Sequence record: OZ346175.1
Strand: one strand, 5' to 3'
Origin: a phage
Length of the DNA stretch: 64,000 bases
The notes beneath the pieces are model-generated. The model made no database searches and was not told the DNA's origin. It saw only the letters and a program-made list of their open reading frames with translations. Positions 58,312-64,000 of the stretch are shown one piece after another. Both the position numbers and the translations under genes were made by a program. Each line of letters starts with the position of its first letter. Positions within the stretch are counted from its first letter, which is position 1.

Positions 58312-58389
58312 GTTCCAGTAGACAAAATGGTAAAGTCACCACTCTTTCAAAGTGGATATCTGAGGGTTCAAATCCCTTCTGGAACGCCA
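58312..58389 (+). tRNA. tRNA-Glu (anticodon TTC)
   Basis: Acceptor gttccag/ctggaac, anticodon stem ccact/agtgg, loop ctTTCaa, T-loop ttcaaat, CCA encoded. Confidence 0.6.
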
Positions 58390-58396
58390 GTTTTGA

Positions 58397-58469
58397 CAGA
58401 AGACCAATTACAGCAAACTTAATCTTATTCATCTGAAGGTAAATCGGACAAAGAAGAGATTTGGTCTGG
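58397..58469 (+). ncRNA. structured element A (cagaagacc...ggtctgg stem family)
   Basis: 5' cagaagaccaattacagcaa and 3' tggtctgg; stem agacca/tggtct; family member without tRNA-like module. Confidence 0.35.
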
Positions 58470-58480
58470 TCATTAAGAAT

Positions 58481-58557
58481 TGCGGGTATAGAGAAAGGGC
58501 GTCTCACATGTCTCATTAGCATGGTATCGGCAGGTTCGACTCCTGCACCCGCCTCCA
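58481..58557 (+). tRNA. tRNA-Met or Ile2 (anticodon CAT), non-canonical acceptor
   Basis: D-stem gaga/tctc, anticodon stem catgt/gcatg, loop ctCATta, T-arm gcagg-ttcgact-cctgc; acceptor pairing needs one mismatch. Confidence 0.5.
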
Positions 58558-58563
58558 AATTTG

Positions 58564-58624
58564 CAGAAGACCGTATTCAGCAACAAAATACTTTTTTGCG
58601 GATAAAAGAAAAAACACGGTCTGG
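58564..58624 (+). ncRNA. structured element B (cagaagacc...ggtctgg stem family)
   Basis: cagaagaccgtattcagcaa ... cggtctgg; stem agaccg/cggtct (compensatory relative to A). Confidence 0.35.
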
Positions 58625-58635
58625 CAATGTATTAA

Positions 58636-58712
58636 GGTTAGGAAGCACATAAGGTATGTGCGGTCGCCTGTTAAGCGAATGGCACAGGGTTCGAATCCCT
58701 GACTAACCGCCA
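58636..58712 (+). tRNA. tRNA-Asn (anticodon GTT)
   Basis: D-stem gcac/gtgc, anticodon loop ctGTTaa, T-arm caggg-ttcgaat-ccctg, CCA encoded; position 8 is A (atypical). Confidence 0.55.
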
Positions 58713-58720
58713 AATTAAAT

Positions 58721-58808
58721 GTGTCGTTATCCCGTAGATGGTAGCGGTGGGGACTGTAAATCCCTTGTCATTGAGACTCGGTAGGTTCGACTCCTACACG
58801 GCACACCA
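58721..58808 (+). tRNA. tRNA-Tyr (anticodon GTA)
   Basis: 88 nt with long variable arm; anticodon stem gggga/tccct, loop ctGTAaa; T-arm gtagg-ttcgact-cctac; CCA encoded. Confidence 0.7.
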
Positions 58809-58813
58809 ATAAA

Positions 58814-58890
58814 GGCTATGTAGTTTAACTGGAGAAAATACTCCCCTGTCACGGGAGATGATGTGAGTTCAAGTCTCATCGTAGCCGCCA
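58814..58890 (+). tRNA. tRNA-Asp (anticodon GTC)
   Basis: Acceptor ggctatg/cgtagcc, anticodon stem ctccc/gggag, loop ctGTCac, T-loop ttcaagt, CCA encoded. Confidence 0.75.
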
Positions 58891-58951
58891 ATTTTGAGAG
58901 GGCTATTTAGCCCCTCCCTTAAAGAGTTCTTACGAGTATTCTTTAAGGGAG

Positions 58952-59035
58952 CAGAAGACCAAATACAGCAAGAATGTATGAAATTTCAAGCCAATTTAAT
59001 TTTGAAAATTTAAAACTTGGTCTGGCTCAACAAAT
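58952..59035 (+). ncRNA. structured element C (cagaagacc...ggtctgg stem family)
   Basis: cagaagaccaaatacagcaa ... ttggtctgg; stem agaccaa/ttggtct. Confidence 0.35.
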
Positions 59036-59038
59036 TTA

Positions 59039-59170
59039 CAGAAGACCGTTTACAGCAAAACTTAAACAATCTATTTCTCCGGTAAAGAAAAGGCGAAGGT
59101 TCGATTCCTTCACTCGGCAGATGTCGAGTTGGTGTAATGGTAGCACTTAAGATGATAAACAACGGTCTGG
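59039..59170 (+). ncRNA. Y-RNA-like element D with circularly permuted tRNA-like module
   Basis: 8-bp closing stem agaccgtt/aacggtct; internally T-arm gaagg-ttcgatt-ccttc, acceptor-like stem actcggc-agat-gtcgagt closed by a loop, then D-arm gtg-taatggtag-cac. Confidence 0.5.
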
Positions 59171-59171
59171 T

Positions 59172-59315
59172 AATTATCTTTGTAGATAAGTTATTAAGCT
59201 TACCTGTGAGTATGCGACCACAAAGGGTGAAAGGGTAAATTCTAGATTTAAACCCAACAAGGCACATCGCTACAGACCTTAAGCAAGTCTGGGTAGCTTA
59301 TCTACAAAGATAATT
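59172..59315 (+). ncRNA. structured element closed by 19-bp perfect inverted repeat
   Basis: aattatctttgtagataag (59172-59190) exactly complementary to cttatctacaaagataatt (59297-59315); internal cagacc...gtctgg hairpin. Confidence 0.4.
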
Positions 59316-59319
59316 TAAT

Positions 59320-59395
59320 GGAAGTGTAGCAGAATGGTGATGCGGCAGACTTTTAATCTGACAGGCGATGGGTTCGAATCCCTCCACTTCTACCA
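59320..59395 (+). tRNA. tRNA-Lys (anticodon TTT)
   Basis: Acceptor ggaagtg/cacttct, anticodon loop ctTTTaa, T-loop ttcgaat (T-stem needs a bulge), CCA encoded. Confidence 0.55.
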
Positions 59396-59399
59396 ATAT

Positions 59400-59476
59400 G
59401 GTTCAGTCGCAGATAAGGTAATGCAAGGGTCTCATAAGCCCTATGAATGTTGGTTCGATTCCCATCTGAACCTCCA
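59400..59476 (+). tRNA. tRNA-Met (anticodon CAT)
   Basis: Acceptor ggttcag/ctgaacc, anticodon stem agggt/gccct, loop ctCATaa, T-loop ttcgatt, CCA encoded. Confidence 0.6.
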
Positions 59477-59477
59477 A

Positions 59478-59553
59478 GCTGGTATAGTTAAGAAGGTTAT
59501 AACACTCCCCTGATAAGGGAACATCGGTGGTTCGATTCCACCTACCAGTACCA
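59478..59553 (+). tRNA. tRNA-Ile (anticodon GAT)
   Basis: Acceptor gctggta/taccagt, D-stem gtta/taac, anticodon loop ctGATaa, T-arm ggtgg-ttcgatt-ccacc, CCA encoded. Confidence 0.75.
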
Positions 59554-59568
59554 ATTTCAATAAAGTTG

Positions 59569-59597
59569 TTGACATTGAGATGTGACTACTTTATAGT
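59569..59597 (+). promoter_or_regulatory. sigma70-type promoter internal to tRNA cluster
   Basis: TTGACA-N17-TATAGT. Confidence 0.5.
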
Positions 59598-59798
59598 AAC
59601 CTTAGTTTTCGTTGCGTAGCGTCTATTTTGCAAATTTAAAATAAATGCAAACGACAATGTTTTTCTGGCAGTAGCTTGATAGGCTAAACACCAGTGAGGT
59701 CTTCCAATCCCTCATCAAAGAATTTGGCGTACTCGCCCACGGTATGATTAATAAGGTGGGCATCTTTAAGGGCTTTCTAAGAGAGTCTTTAAAGATAA

Positions 59799-59876
59799 TG
59801 CACCCTTAGTTCAATTGGATAGAGCAACGGTCTTCTAAATCGTTAGTTACAGGTTCGAATCCTGTAGGGTGTACCA
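59799..59876 (+). tRNA. tRNA-Arg (anticodon TCT)
   Basis: Acceptor gcaccct/agggtgt, D-arm gttc-aattggata-gagc, anticodon stem acggt/atcgt, loop ctTCTaa, T-arm acagg-ttcgaat-cctgt, CCA encoded. Confidence 0.75.
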
Positions 59877-60018
59877 AATAGTTAGCAGATTACTTAGACG
59901 GCCTTAGCGGGTCTTCCTGTAGGGAGGTGGTCTGTATCTCATGTTTTCCAGAACATGTAAATAATCTGAGAAGAAGCTTGACAGTGTTGAGATAACAGGG
60001 TAAGCTTCGAATTATAAT

Positions 60019-60101
60019 ATGGGACGATGTTAAGACTCTAAGGCATGAGCAACGGCCTCCAAAACCGTTTCAAAGGGGTTCAACTCCTCCGTCCCATGCC
60101 A
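60019..60101 (+). tRNA. tRNA-like gene, probable Trp (anticodon CCA), atypical D region
   Basis: Acceptor atgggac/gtcccat, anticodon loop ctCCAaa, T-loop ttcaact, CCA encoded; D region about 7 nt longer than canonical. Confidence 0.45.
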
Positions 60102-60114
60102 AAGTCTTATTAGG

Positions 60115-60202
60115 GGTAGGTAGCGGCTAATGGCAGCCAAACAGTCTTGAAAACTGTTGCCACTGTAGAGATACGGTGAGGGTTCGACTCCTTTACTTAC
60201 CG
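60115..60202 (+). tRNA. tRNA-Ser (anticodon TGA)
   Basis: 88 nt with long variable arm; anticodon stem acagt/actgt, loop ctTGAaa; T-arm gaggg-ttcgact-ccttt; CCA not encoded. Confidence 0.7.
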
Positions 60203-60458
60203 CCTAATAAGATTTACTCCGTCCATGCTTGTTCGCATTGTCGGTTTATCCCTCGTGTATTGTCGTACACTGTCAAAGCACCTAGTAGGTGTCACGGAGA
60301 AGAGATAATATCAAGCTCTCCAAAGGTTCTAGTCACCGGATTAAACAAGACTATGCAAAGACCTATTTAGGTCTTTTTAGAGGGCTTCTAAGGTTATTAG
60401 TCGCTTGTTGTGGAACCTTGTTGCTCAGGTTCTTAGAAGTTCTCTAAAAAGATTTAAT

Positions 60459-60536
60459 GGGAGATTGACGGTAATTGGTAAACCTACCATCCTTAGAAGT
60501 TGGTGTTTGAGGGTTCGAATCCCTTGTCTCCTACCA
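60459..60536 (+). tRNA. tRNA with apparent anticodon TAG (Leu-type) on short-variable-arm scaffold
   Basis: Acceptor gggagat/gtctcct, anticodon loop ctTAGaa, T-arm gaggg-ttcgaat-ccctt, A73, CCA encoded; no long variable arm. Confidence 0.45.
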
Positions 60537-60543
60537 AATTAAT

Positions 60544-60619
60544 GCAGGTGTAGCAAAATGGTTATGCGGCTGACTCTTAATCAGTAAGACGATGGGTTCA
60601 ATTCCCTCCACCTGTACCA
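60544..60619 (+). tRNA. tRNA-Lys (anticodon CTT)
   Basis: Paralog of 59320..59395; acceptor gcaggtg/cacctgt, anticodon stem gctga/tcagt, loop ctCTTaa, T-loop ttcaatt, CCA encoded. Confidence 0.6.
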
Positions 60620-60625
60620 GACATC

Positions 60626-60702
60626 GGGGTCATAGTTTATATGGTTAAAATTCGAGTTTTGCAAACTTGGGAACTGAGTTCAATTCTCAGTGACTCCACC
60701 AA
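60626..60702 (+). tRNA. tRNA-Ala (anticodon TGC)
   Basis: Acceptor ggggtca/tgactcc, anticodon stem cgagt/acttg, loop ttTGCaa, T-arm ctgag-ttcaatt-ctcag, CCA encoded. Confidence 0.7.
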
Positions 60703-60708
60703 TTAGTG

Positions 60709-60781
60709 CATCCATAGTTTAAACGGGAAAATTACAGTCTTCCAAACTGAGGTTGAGGGTTCGATTCCCTCTGGATGCTCC
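60709..60781 (+). tRNA. tRNA-Gly (anticodon TCC)
   Basis: Acceptor gcatcca/tggatgc, anticodon loop ctTCCaa, T-arm gaggg-ttcgatt-ccctc. Confidence 0.65.
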
Positions 60782-60796
60782 AAATTAAGGTGTGAT

Positions 60797-61210
60797 ATGA
60801 AAATATGCAGTACTTGCAGAATACCAAAAGATGAAAGCTTATTCCATAAGAATAAGAACAAGAAAGATGGTCTTCAAAGTCAATGCAAAGACTGTGCAAG
60901 ACTTCGTGATGCAAAGAGTTATCAAGCAAATGATAAAAGGAAAGAGGCTATTAAAAGCACTCGTAACTTCAAGAGAGAGTATAACAAGACTCTAGCTAGA
61001 AGGTACAAAGCTTTATGCAAATGTCATATATGTGGTGAGAAAGAACCAGTTGCATTGGATTTACACCATACAGACCCTTCCCAGAAAGATTTGAATCCTG
61101 CATCACTTTATTCATACTCCACAAAAAGATTAAAAGATGAAATCAGAAAGTGCATTGTCTTGTGCGCTAACTGTCACAGAAAAGTACATGCTGGTATCAT
61201 AAAAGTTTAA
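60797..61210 (+). CDS. HNH endonuclease inside tRNA cluster
   Basis: 137 aa; zinc-binding Cys pairs and HNH motif (LDLHHTDP...CANCHRKVH); flanked by tRNA genes. Confidence 0.75.
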   Translation: MKICSTCRIPKDESLFHKNKNKKDGLQSQCKDCARLRDAKSYQANDKRKEAIKSTRNFKREYNKTLARRYKALCKCHICGEKEPVALDLHHTDPSQKDLNPASLYSYSTKRLKDEIRKCIVLCANCHRKVHAGIIKV

Positions 61211-61211
61211 T

Positions 61212-61288
61212 GCTGCTTTCGTATAATTGGCTATTACACATCCCTTGTAAGGATGGAAATGCAGGTTCAAGTCCTGTGAGCAGCACCA
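61212..61288 (+). tRNA. tRNA-Thr (anticodon TGT)
   Basis: Acceptor gctgctt/gagcagc, anticodon stem catcc/ggatg, loop ctTGTaa, T-arm gcagg-ttcaagt-cctgt, CCA encoded. Confidence 0.75.
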
Positions 61289-61292
61289 ATTC

Positions 61293-61379
61293 AGAGGTCA
61301 AGTGAAAGACCGCTTTGAGTCAACTGAAGACCGTAACAAATCCCACGGAGTTGAGTTAGCGGCACAACTCCAGACCTCT
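61293..61379 (+). ncRNA. structured element E between tRNA genes
   Basis: Closing stem agaggtc/gacctct; internal hairpin ggagttg-agttagcggca-caactcc; two gaagacc motifs. Confidence 0.35.
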
Positions 61380-61384
61380 TTCAT

Positions 61385-61459
61385 ACTCGCTTAGTTTATA
61401 TGGTAAAACATCACCCTTACAAGATGAAGAAAAAGGTTCAAGTCCTTTAGTGAGTACCA
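61385..61459 (+). tRNA. tRNA-Val (anticodon TAC)
   Basis: Acceptor actcgct/agtgagt, D-stem gttt/aaac, anticodon loop ctTACaa, T-arm aaagg-ttcaagt-ccttt, CCA encoded. Confidence 0.7.
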
Positions 61460-61460
61460 T

Positions 61461-61538
61461 GTTCCAGTATCCCAATTGGCAGAGGATGCAAGCTCAAACC
61501 TTGTATTAGTGACGGTTCGAATCCGTCTTGGAACACCA
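61461..61538 (+). tRNA. tRNA with apparent anticodon CAA (Leu-type) on short-variable-arm scaffold
   Basis: Acceptor gttccag/ttggaac, anticodon stem gcaag/cttgt, loop ctCAAac, T-arm gacgg-ttcgaat-ccgtc, A73, CCA encoded. Confidence 0.45.
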
Positions 61539-61543
61539 ATTTT

Positions 61544-61619
61544 GCAGGATTAGTTCAAATGGATAGAGCAACAGTCTACGAAGCTGTTAATAGGGGTTCG
61601 AATCCCTTATCCTGCGCCA
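61544..61619 (+). tRNA. tRNA-Arg (anticodon ACG)
   Basis: Acceptor gcaggat/atcctgc, D-arm gttc-aaatggata-gagc, anticodon stem acagt/gctgt, loop ctACGaa, T-loop ttcgaat, CCA encoded. Confidence 0.75.
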
Positions 61620-61638
61620 ATTTAAAGAGGCTATTTAG

Positions 61639-62196
61639 ATGAGATATTTGAAGTATGCTTCATGGATTTTTTTAGCTTTGTTAGAGCCATTTGCAGCAAT
61701 CTTAGCAGTTATCTTAGCACCTTTTGTAGTTCCATTCTACAGTGAGAAGAAAGGACACTTACCTTTCGGGTTCAGATGGATGGAGACATATGACAACCCA
61801 ATTGATGGTGATGAAGGTCACGTTAAAAGATGGGCTAATATTAGATGGATTGGTAAACTAGGTGTCTACATGCAAAGAGTCGGATGGCTCTGGAGAAACA
61901 AAGCTTATAACTTCTCTTACCATGTATTAGGAAGAGATGTAAGAGATGTTACTAAGTGGAAAGGTAATATCAACGTAAGTTCTGACCCCGAAGATAATCA
62001 GACAGGTTATCTCCTAATGTGGAACAGTAATGCTTGGGGATTATTCGCTTTTATCCCATCAATTAAAATCTTTGGTAAACAATTTTACTGGAGAATTTAT
62101 ATTGGATGGAAACTAAAAAGTGTTGTCCCAGAAGAAAGAGCATTCTCAAGGGAAAGAGTTATGTTGGCATTCTTTATTCATCCACTGAGAAAGTAA
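61639..62196 (+). CDS. hypothetical membrane protein
   Basis: 185 aa; hydrophobic N-terminus (WIFLALLEPFAAILAVILAPFVVPF), Trp-rich; embedded in tRNA cluster. Confidence 0.5.
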   Translation: MRYLKYASWIFLALLEPFAAILAVILAPFVVPFYSEKKGHLPFGFRWMETYDNPIDGDEGHVKRWANIRWIGKLGVYMQRVGWLWRNKAYNFSYHVLGRDVRDVTKWKGNINVSSDPEDNQTGYLLMWNSNAWGLFAFIPSIKIFGKQFYWRIYIGWKLKSVVPEERAFSRERVMLAFFIHPLRK

Positions 62197-62204
62197 AGAT
62201 TTAA

Positions 62205-62280
62205 AGGGGATTAGTTTACAAGGTTAAAACCTCGGTCTTTGAAATCGAAGAAGTTGGTTCAATTCCAACATCCCCCGCCA
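62205..62280 (+). tRNA. tRNA-Gln (anticodon TTG)
   Basis: Acceptor aggggat/atccccc with unpaired 1:72, anticodon stem tcggt/atcga, loop ctTTGaa, T-arm gttgg-ttcaatt-ccaac, CCA encoded. Confidence 0.65.
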
Positions 62281-62282
62281 AT

Positions 62283-62361
62283 GCTCCATTACTCCAATTG
62301 GCAGAGAGGCCAGACTTAAAATCTGTGTTATGTATCGGTTCGAATCCGATATGGAGTACCA
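62283..62361 (+). tRNA. tRNA with apparent anticodon TAA (Leu-type) on short-variable-arm scaffold
   Basis: Acceptor gctccat/atggagt, anticodon loop ctTAAaa, T-arm atcgg-ttcgaat-ccgat, A73, CCA encoded; variable region 7 nt. Confidence 0.45.
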
Positions 62362-62366
62362 AATTT

Positions 62367-62442
62367 AGCGGTATAGCATAACTGGCAATGCAGCAGCCTC
62401 TGAAGCTGTCCTATTAAGGTTCAAATCCTTATGCCGCTGCCA
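62367..62442 (+). tRNA. tRNA-Gln (anticodon CTG)
   Basis: Acceptor agcggta/tgccgct, D-stem gcat/atgc, anticodon stem gcagc/gctgt, loop ctCTGaa, T-arm taagg-ttcaaat-cctta, CCA encoded. Confidence 0.65.
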
Positions 62443-62473
62443 CTTCTAAGGATTCTTGCGAGAGTCCTTAAAT

Positions 62474-62549
62474 GTGGCCTTATCATAAACGGTAATGACC
62501 CATGCTGTGAACATGGTCTATACGGGTTCAAATCCCGTAGGTCACCCCA
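62474..62549 (+). tRNA. tRNA-His (anticodon GTG)
   Basis: Acceptor gtggcct/aggtcac, D-stem tcat/atga, anticodon stem ccatg/catgg, loop ctGTGaa, T-arm acggg-ttcaaat-cccgt, CCA encoded. Confidence 0.75.
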
Positions 62550-62554
62550 ATTTA

Positions 62555-62631
62555 TAGTCCAAGTAGCTTATATGGTTAAAGCGCGTGTCTGAAAAACATG
62601 AGAAGAGGGTTCAAATCCCACTGGACTACCA
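62555..62631 (+). tRNA. tRNA-Phe (anticodon GAA)
   Basis: Acceptor tagtcca/tggacta, D-stem gctt/aagc, anticodon stem cgtgt/acatg, loop ctGAAaa, T-loop ttcaaat; 3' end register ambiguous. Confidence 0.55.
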
Positions 62632-62647
62632 ATTTCAAAGGTGCTTA

Positions 62648-63382
62648 ATGAAAGAGATGACAGAACAAGGTAAGGAGATTTTTAATCTCTTAAAAACTGG
62701 TAAAGGGTTCTCTAACCCGCTTATTACTGGTGCAGCAGTTCTCGGTGGAACCGTAGCTGCTTCTACATCACTTGTAAGCTCTATTAGTTCTGTAACAGAC
62801 CCTACAATGAAAGAGAAACTTGTTGCTGCTGGACTTACAACAGTCCTTCTAAACAGCTTTACAACAAGCCTTACAAGCACTACAGCAACTACTAAAACTC
62901 TGACAGACTACGGTCAAAAATCTATTGATGAGTTTTCATCACGTATGCAGGTAGCAAAGGGGTATTCCAATGTTATGGGTGCAGCAGGAGAACAAGTTGG
63001 TTGTACACCATTCAGTGGTATCATGGGTGTTGCTACAGAGTATGGTCAAAAAGCTATTGACATGATGAACAGTACACTAGATAGTGTTAATGGTGTGTTA
63101 AGTGACTTACAAGATGCTATTGATAAGGGTCTTGATACTGTTTCTGATTTAGCTAACCAAGCTGTCAGTAAGATTAATGAAGGTATTTCAAAGATTACAG
63201 CTTATGCAGATGAAGTTGTGCAGATGATTGAAGAAGAAGCTGCCCCTATTGCAGAGTACCTTAAAACGAATATCAATGGGTTCTTAGCAGGTATCTTACC
63301 AGACTGGTTTGACGATGCTTGTAAAACTGGTGTGATTGACACTATTGCAACACCAGAAATGAAGAGCGCATTACAGAAATAA
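62648..63382 (+). CDS. hypothetical Ser/Thr-rich protein
   Basis: ORF 62585..63382 trimmed to MKEMTEQ to clear tRNA-Phe; Ser/Thr-rich low-complexity N-terminal half. Confidence 0.45.
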   Translation: MKEMTEQGKEIFNLLKTGKGFSNPLITGAAVLGGTVAASTSLVSSISSVTDPTMKEKLVAAGLTTVLLNSFTTSLTSTTATTKTLTDYGQKSIDEFSSRMQVAKGYSNVMGAAGEQVGCTPFSGIMGVATEYGQKAIDMMNSTLDSVNGVLSDLQDAIDKGLDTVSDLANQAVSKINEGISKITAYADEVVQMIEEEAAPIAEYLKTNINGFLAGILPDWFDDACKTGVIDTIATPEMKSALQK

Positions 63383-63383
63383 T

Positions 63384-63476
63384 GGAAGATTAACCCTAAA
63401 AGGTAAGGGAGCAGTTTGCTAAACTGCCAGTAGCTGAGAAATCGGTGTACCAGTTCAAGTCTGGTATCTTCCTCCA
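63384..63476 (+). tRNA. tRNA-Ser (anticodon GCT)
   Basis: 93 nt with 21-nt variable arm; acceptor ggaagat/atcttcc, D-stem ccc/ggg, anticodon stem gcagt/actgc, loop ttGCTaa, T-arm accag-ttcaagt-ctggt, CCA encoded. Confidence 0.75.
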
Positions 63477-63480
63477 ATTT

Positions 63481-63556
63481 GAATCCGTGACAGAAATGGA
63501 TATGTACCTGTCTGCAAAACAGGTTTATAAGGGTTCGAGTCCCTTCGGATTCTCCA
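63481..63556 (+). tRNA. tRNA-Cys (anticodon GCA)
   Basis: Acceptor gaatccg/cggattc, anticodon stem cctgt/acagg, loop ctGCAaa, T-loop ttcgagt, CCA encoded. Confidence 0.75.
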
Positions 63557-63593
63557 AGTTATTTTACTCTCTCTCAATTAAAATAATAATAAT

Positions 63594-63653
63594 GCCCTGC
63601 TATAAGTATTCTTCCTTTCGCTACCGAAGAGTATTTTTAGACAGGGCTTTTTT
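63594..63653 (+). terminator. putative terminator at end of tRNA cluster
   Basis: gccctg ... cagggc outer stem with internal hairpin, followed by TTTTTT. Confidence 0.45.
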
Positions 63654-63778
63654 ACAGAGTTATACTTTATAGGAAGACTTATACAGTATGTCTCTGACGT
63701 ACATTGTGGTTTCTCCTTGACGGTCTCTGTGCCGTCTTTTTTAAGGAGAAACATGGTTAATTATTTGGAGAAAACATA

Positions 63779-63979
63779 ATGAGTGAGACCGTTTATAAAG
63801 AACTTTATGAAGCTAACAAAAAGCTAGAATTTATGCAGAACACTATCATGGCAATTGCAGATAGATTATCTGTAGCAACAGGTATTGATATCAAAGAAGC
63901 CTCTATGGATGCACTTCTTGATGCTGTTGATGCAAAGTTCGAAGTTAAGAAAGAAGAGACTGCTACAGACTCTGAATAA
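63779..63979 (+). CDS. hypothetical small protein
   Basis: 66-aa ORF preceded by ggagaaa RBS. Confidence 0.45.
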   Translation: MSETVYKELYEANKKLEFMQNTIMAIADRLSVATGIDIKEASMDALLDAVDAKFEVKKEETATDSE

Positions 63980-64000
63980 TTCTATTTGCGGAGGTGCTTA

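Noticed and set aside
58307-59267. Minus-strand ORFs in the tRNA cluster (58307..58558, 58516..58713, 59010..59267)
   Set aside because: They overlap tRNA genes and structured RNA elements on the opposite strand and are chance frames in RNA-coding DNA.
60176-60370. 64-aa plus-strand ORF between tRNA-Ser and the next tRNA
   Set aside because: No RBS, starts inside a tRNA, and the region is better explained by RNA structure including a terminator-like hairpin at about 60353-60380.
62585-62647. N-terminal extension of ORF 62585..63382
   Set aside because: The first 21 codons overlap tRNA-Phe; start moved to the Met at 62648.

Overview
This 64-kb window reads as part of a large, AT-rich virulent dsDNA phage genome; all calls below come from reading the sequence and the ORF track, with no database search or folding run. 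Left 40 kb: nucleotide-metabolism and replication genes (thymidylate synthase, DHFR, ATP-dependent ligase, T7-like family-A DNA polymerase, primase-helicase, gp2.5-like SSB, exonuclease, dNMP kinase, class I and class III ribonucleotide reductases, PRPP synthetase-like plus NAMPT, rIIA/rIIB-like, lytic transglycosylase, spanin pair, macro-domain protein). The DNA polymerase gene is interrupted by a 268-nt ORF-less group I intron (P/Q/R/S elements all present), with a free-standing HNH-AP2 endonuclease gene immediately downstream. Middle (40.6-46.9 kb): an iteron-like repeat block, then 14 small ORFs each preceded by one of two families of conserved hairpin+leader+RBS cassettes, then a 1.6-kb ORF-free, repeat-dense region between convergent transcription units. 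Right: a leftward operon with T4-type lysozyme and tandem paralogs (one with Ig-like domains), then a Ro60-like (TROVE + vWA) gene followed by about 27 tRNA genes interspersed with an HNH endonuclease gene and a family of structured non-coding elements. One of these elements carries a circularly permuted tRNA-like module, so the most interesting candidate is a phage Ro60 / Y-RNA-like ribonucleoprotein module embedded in the tRNA cluster. Exact tRNA ends, several anticodon assignments and all promoter calls are hand parses and need software confirmation.
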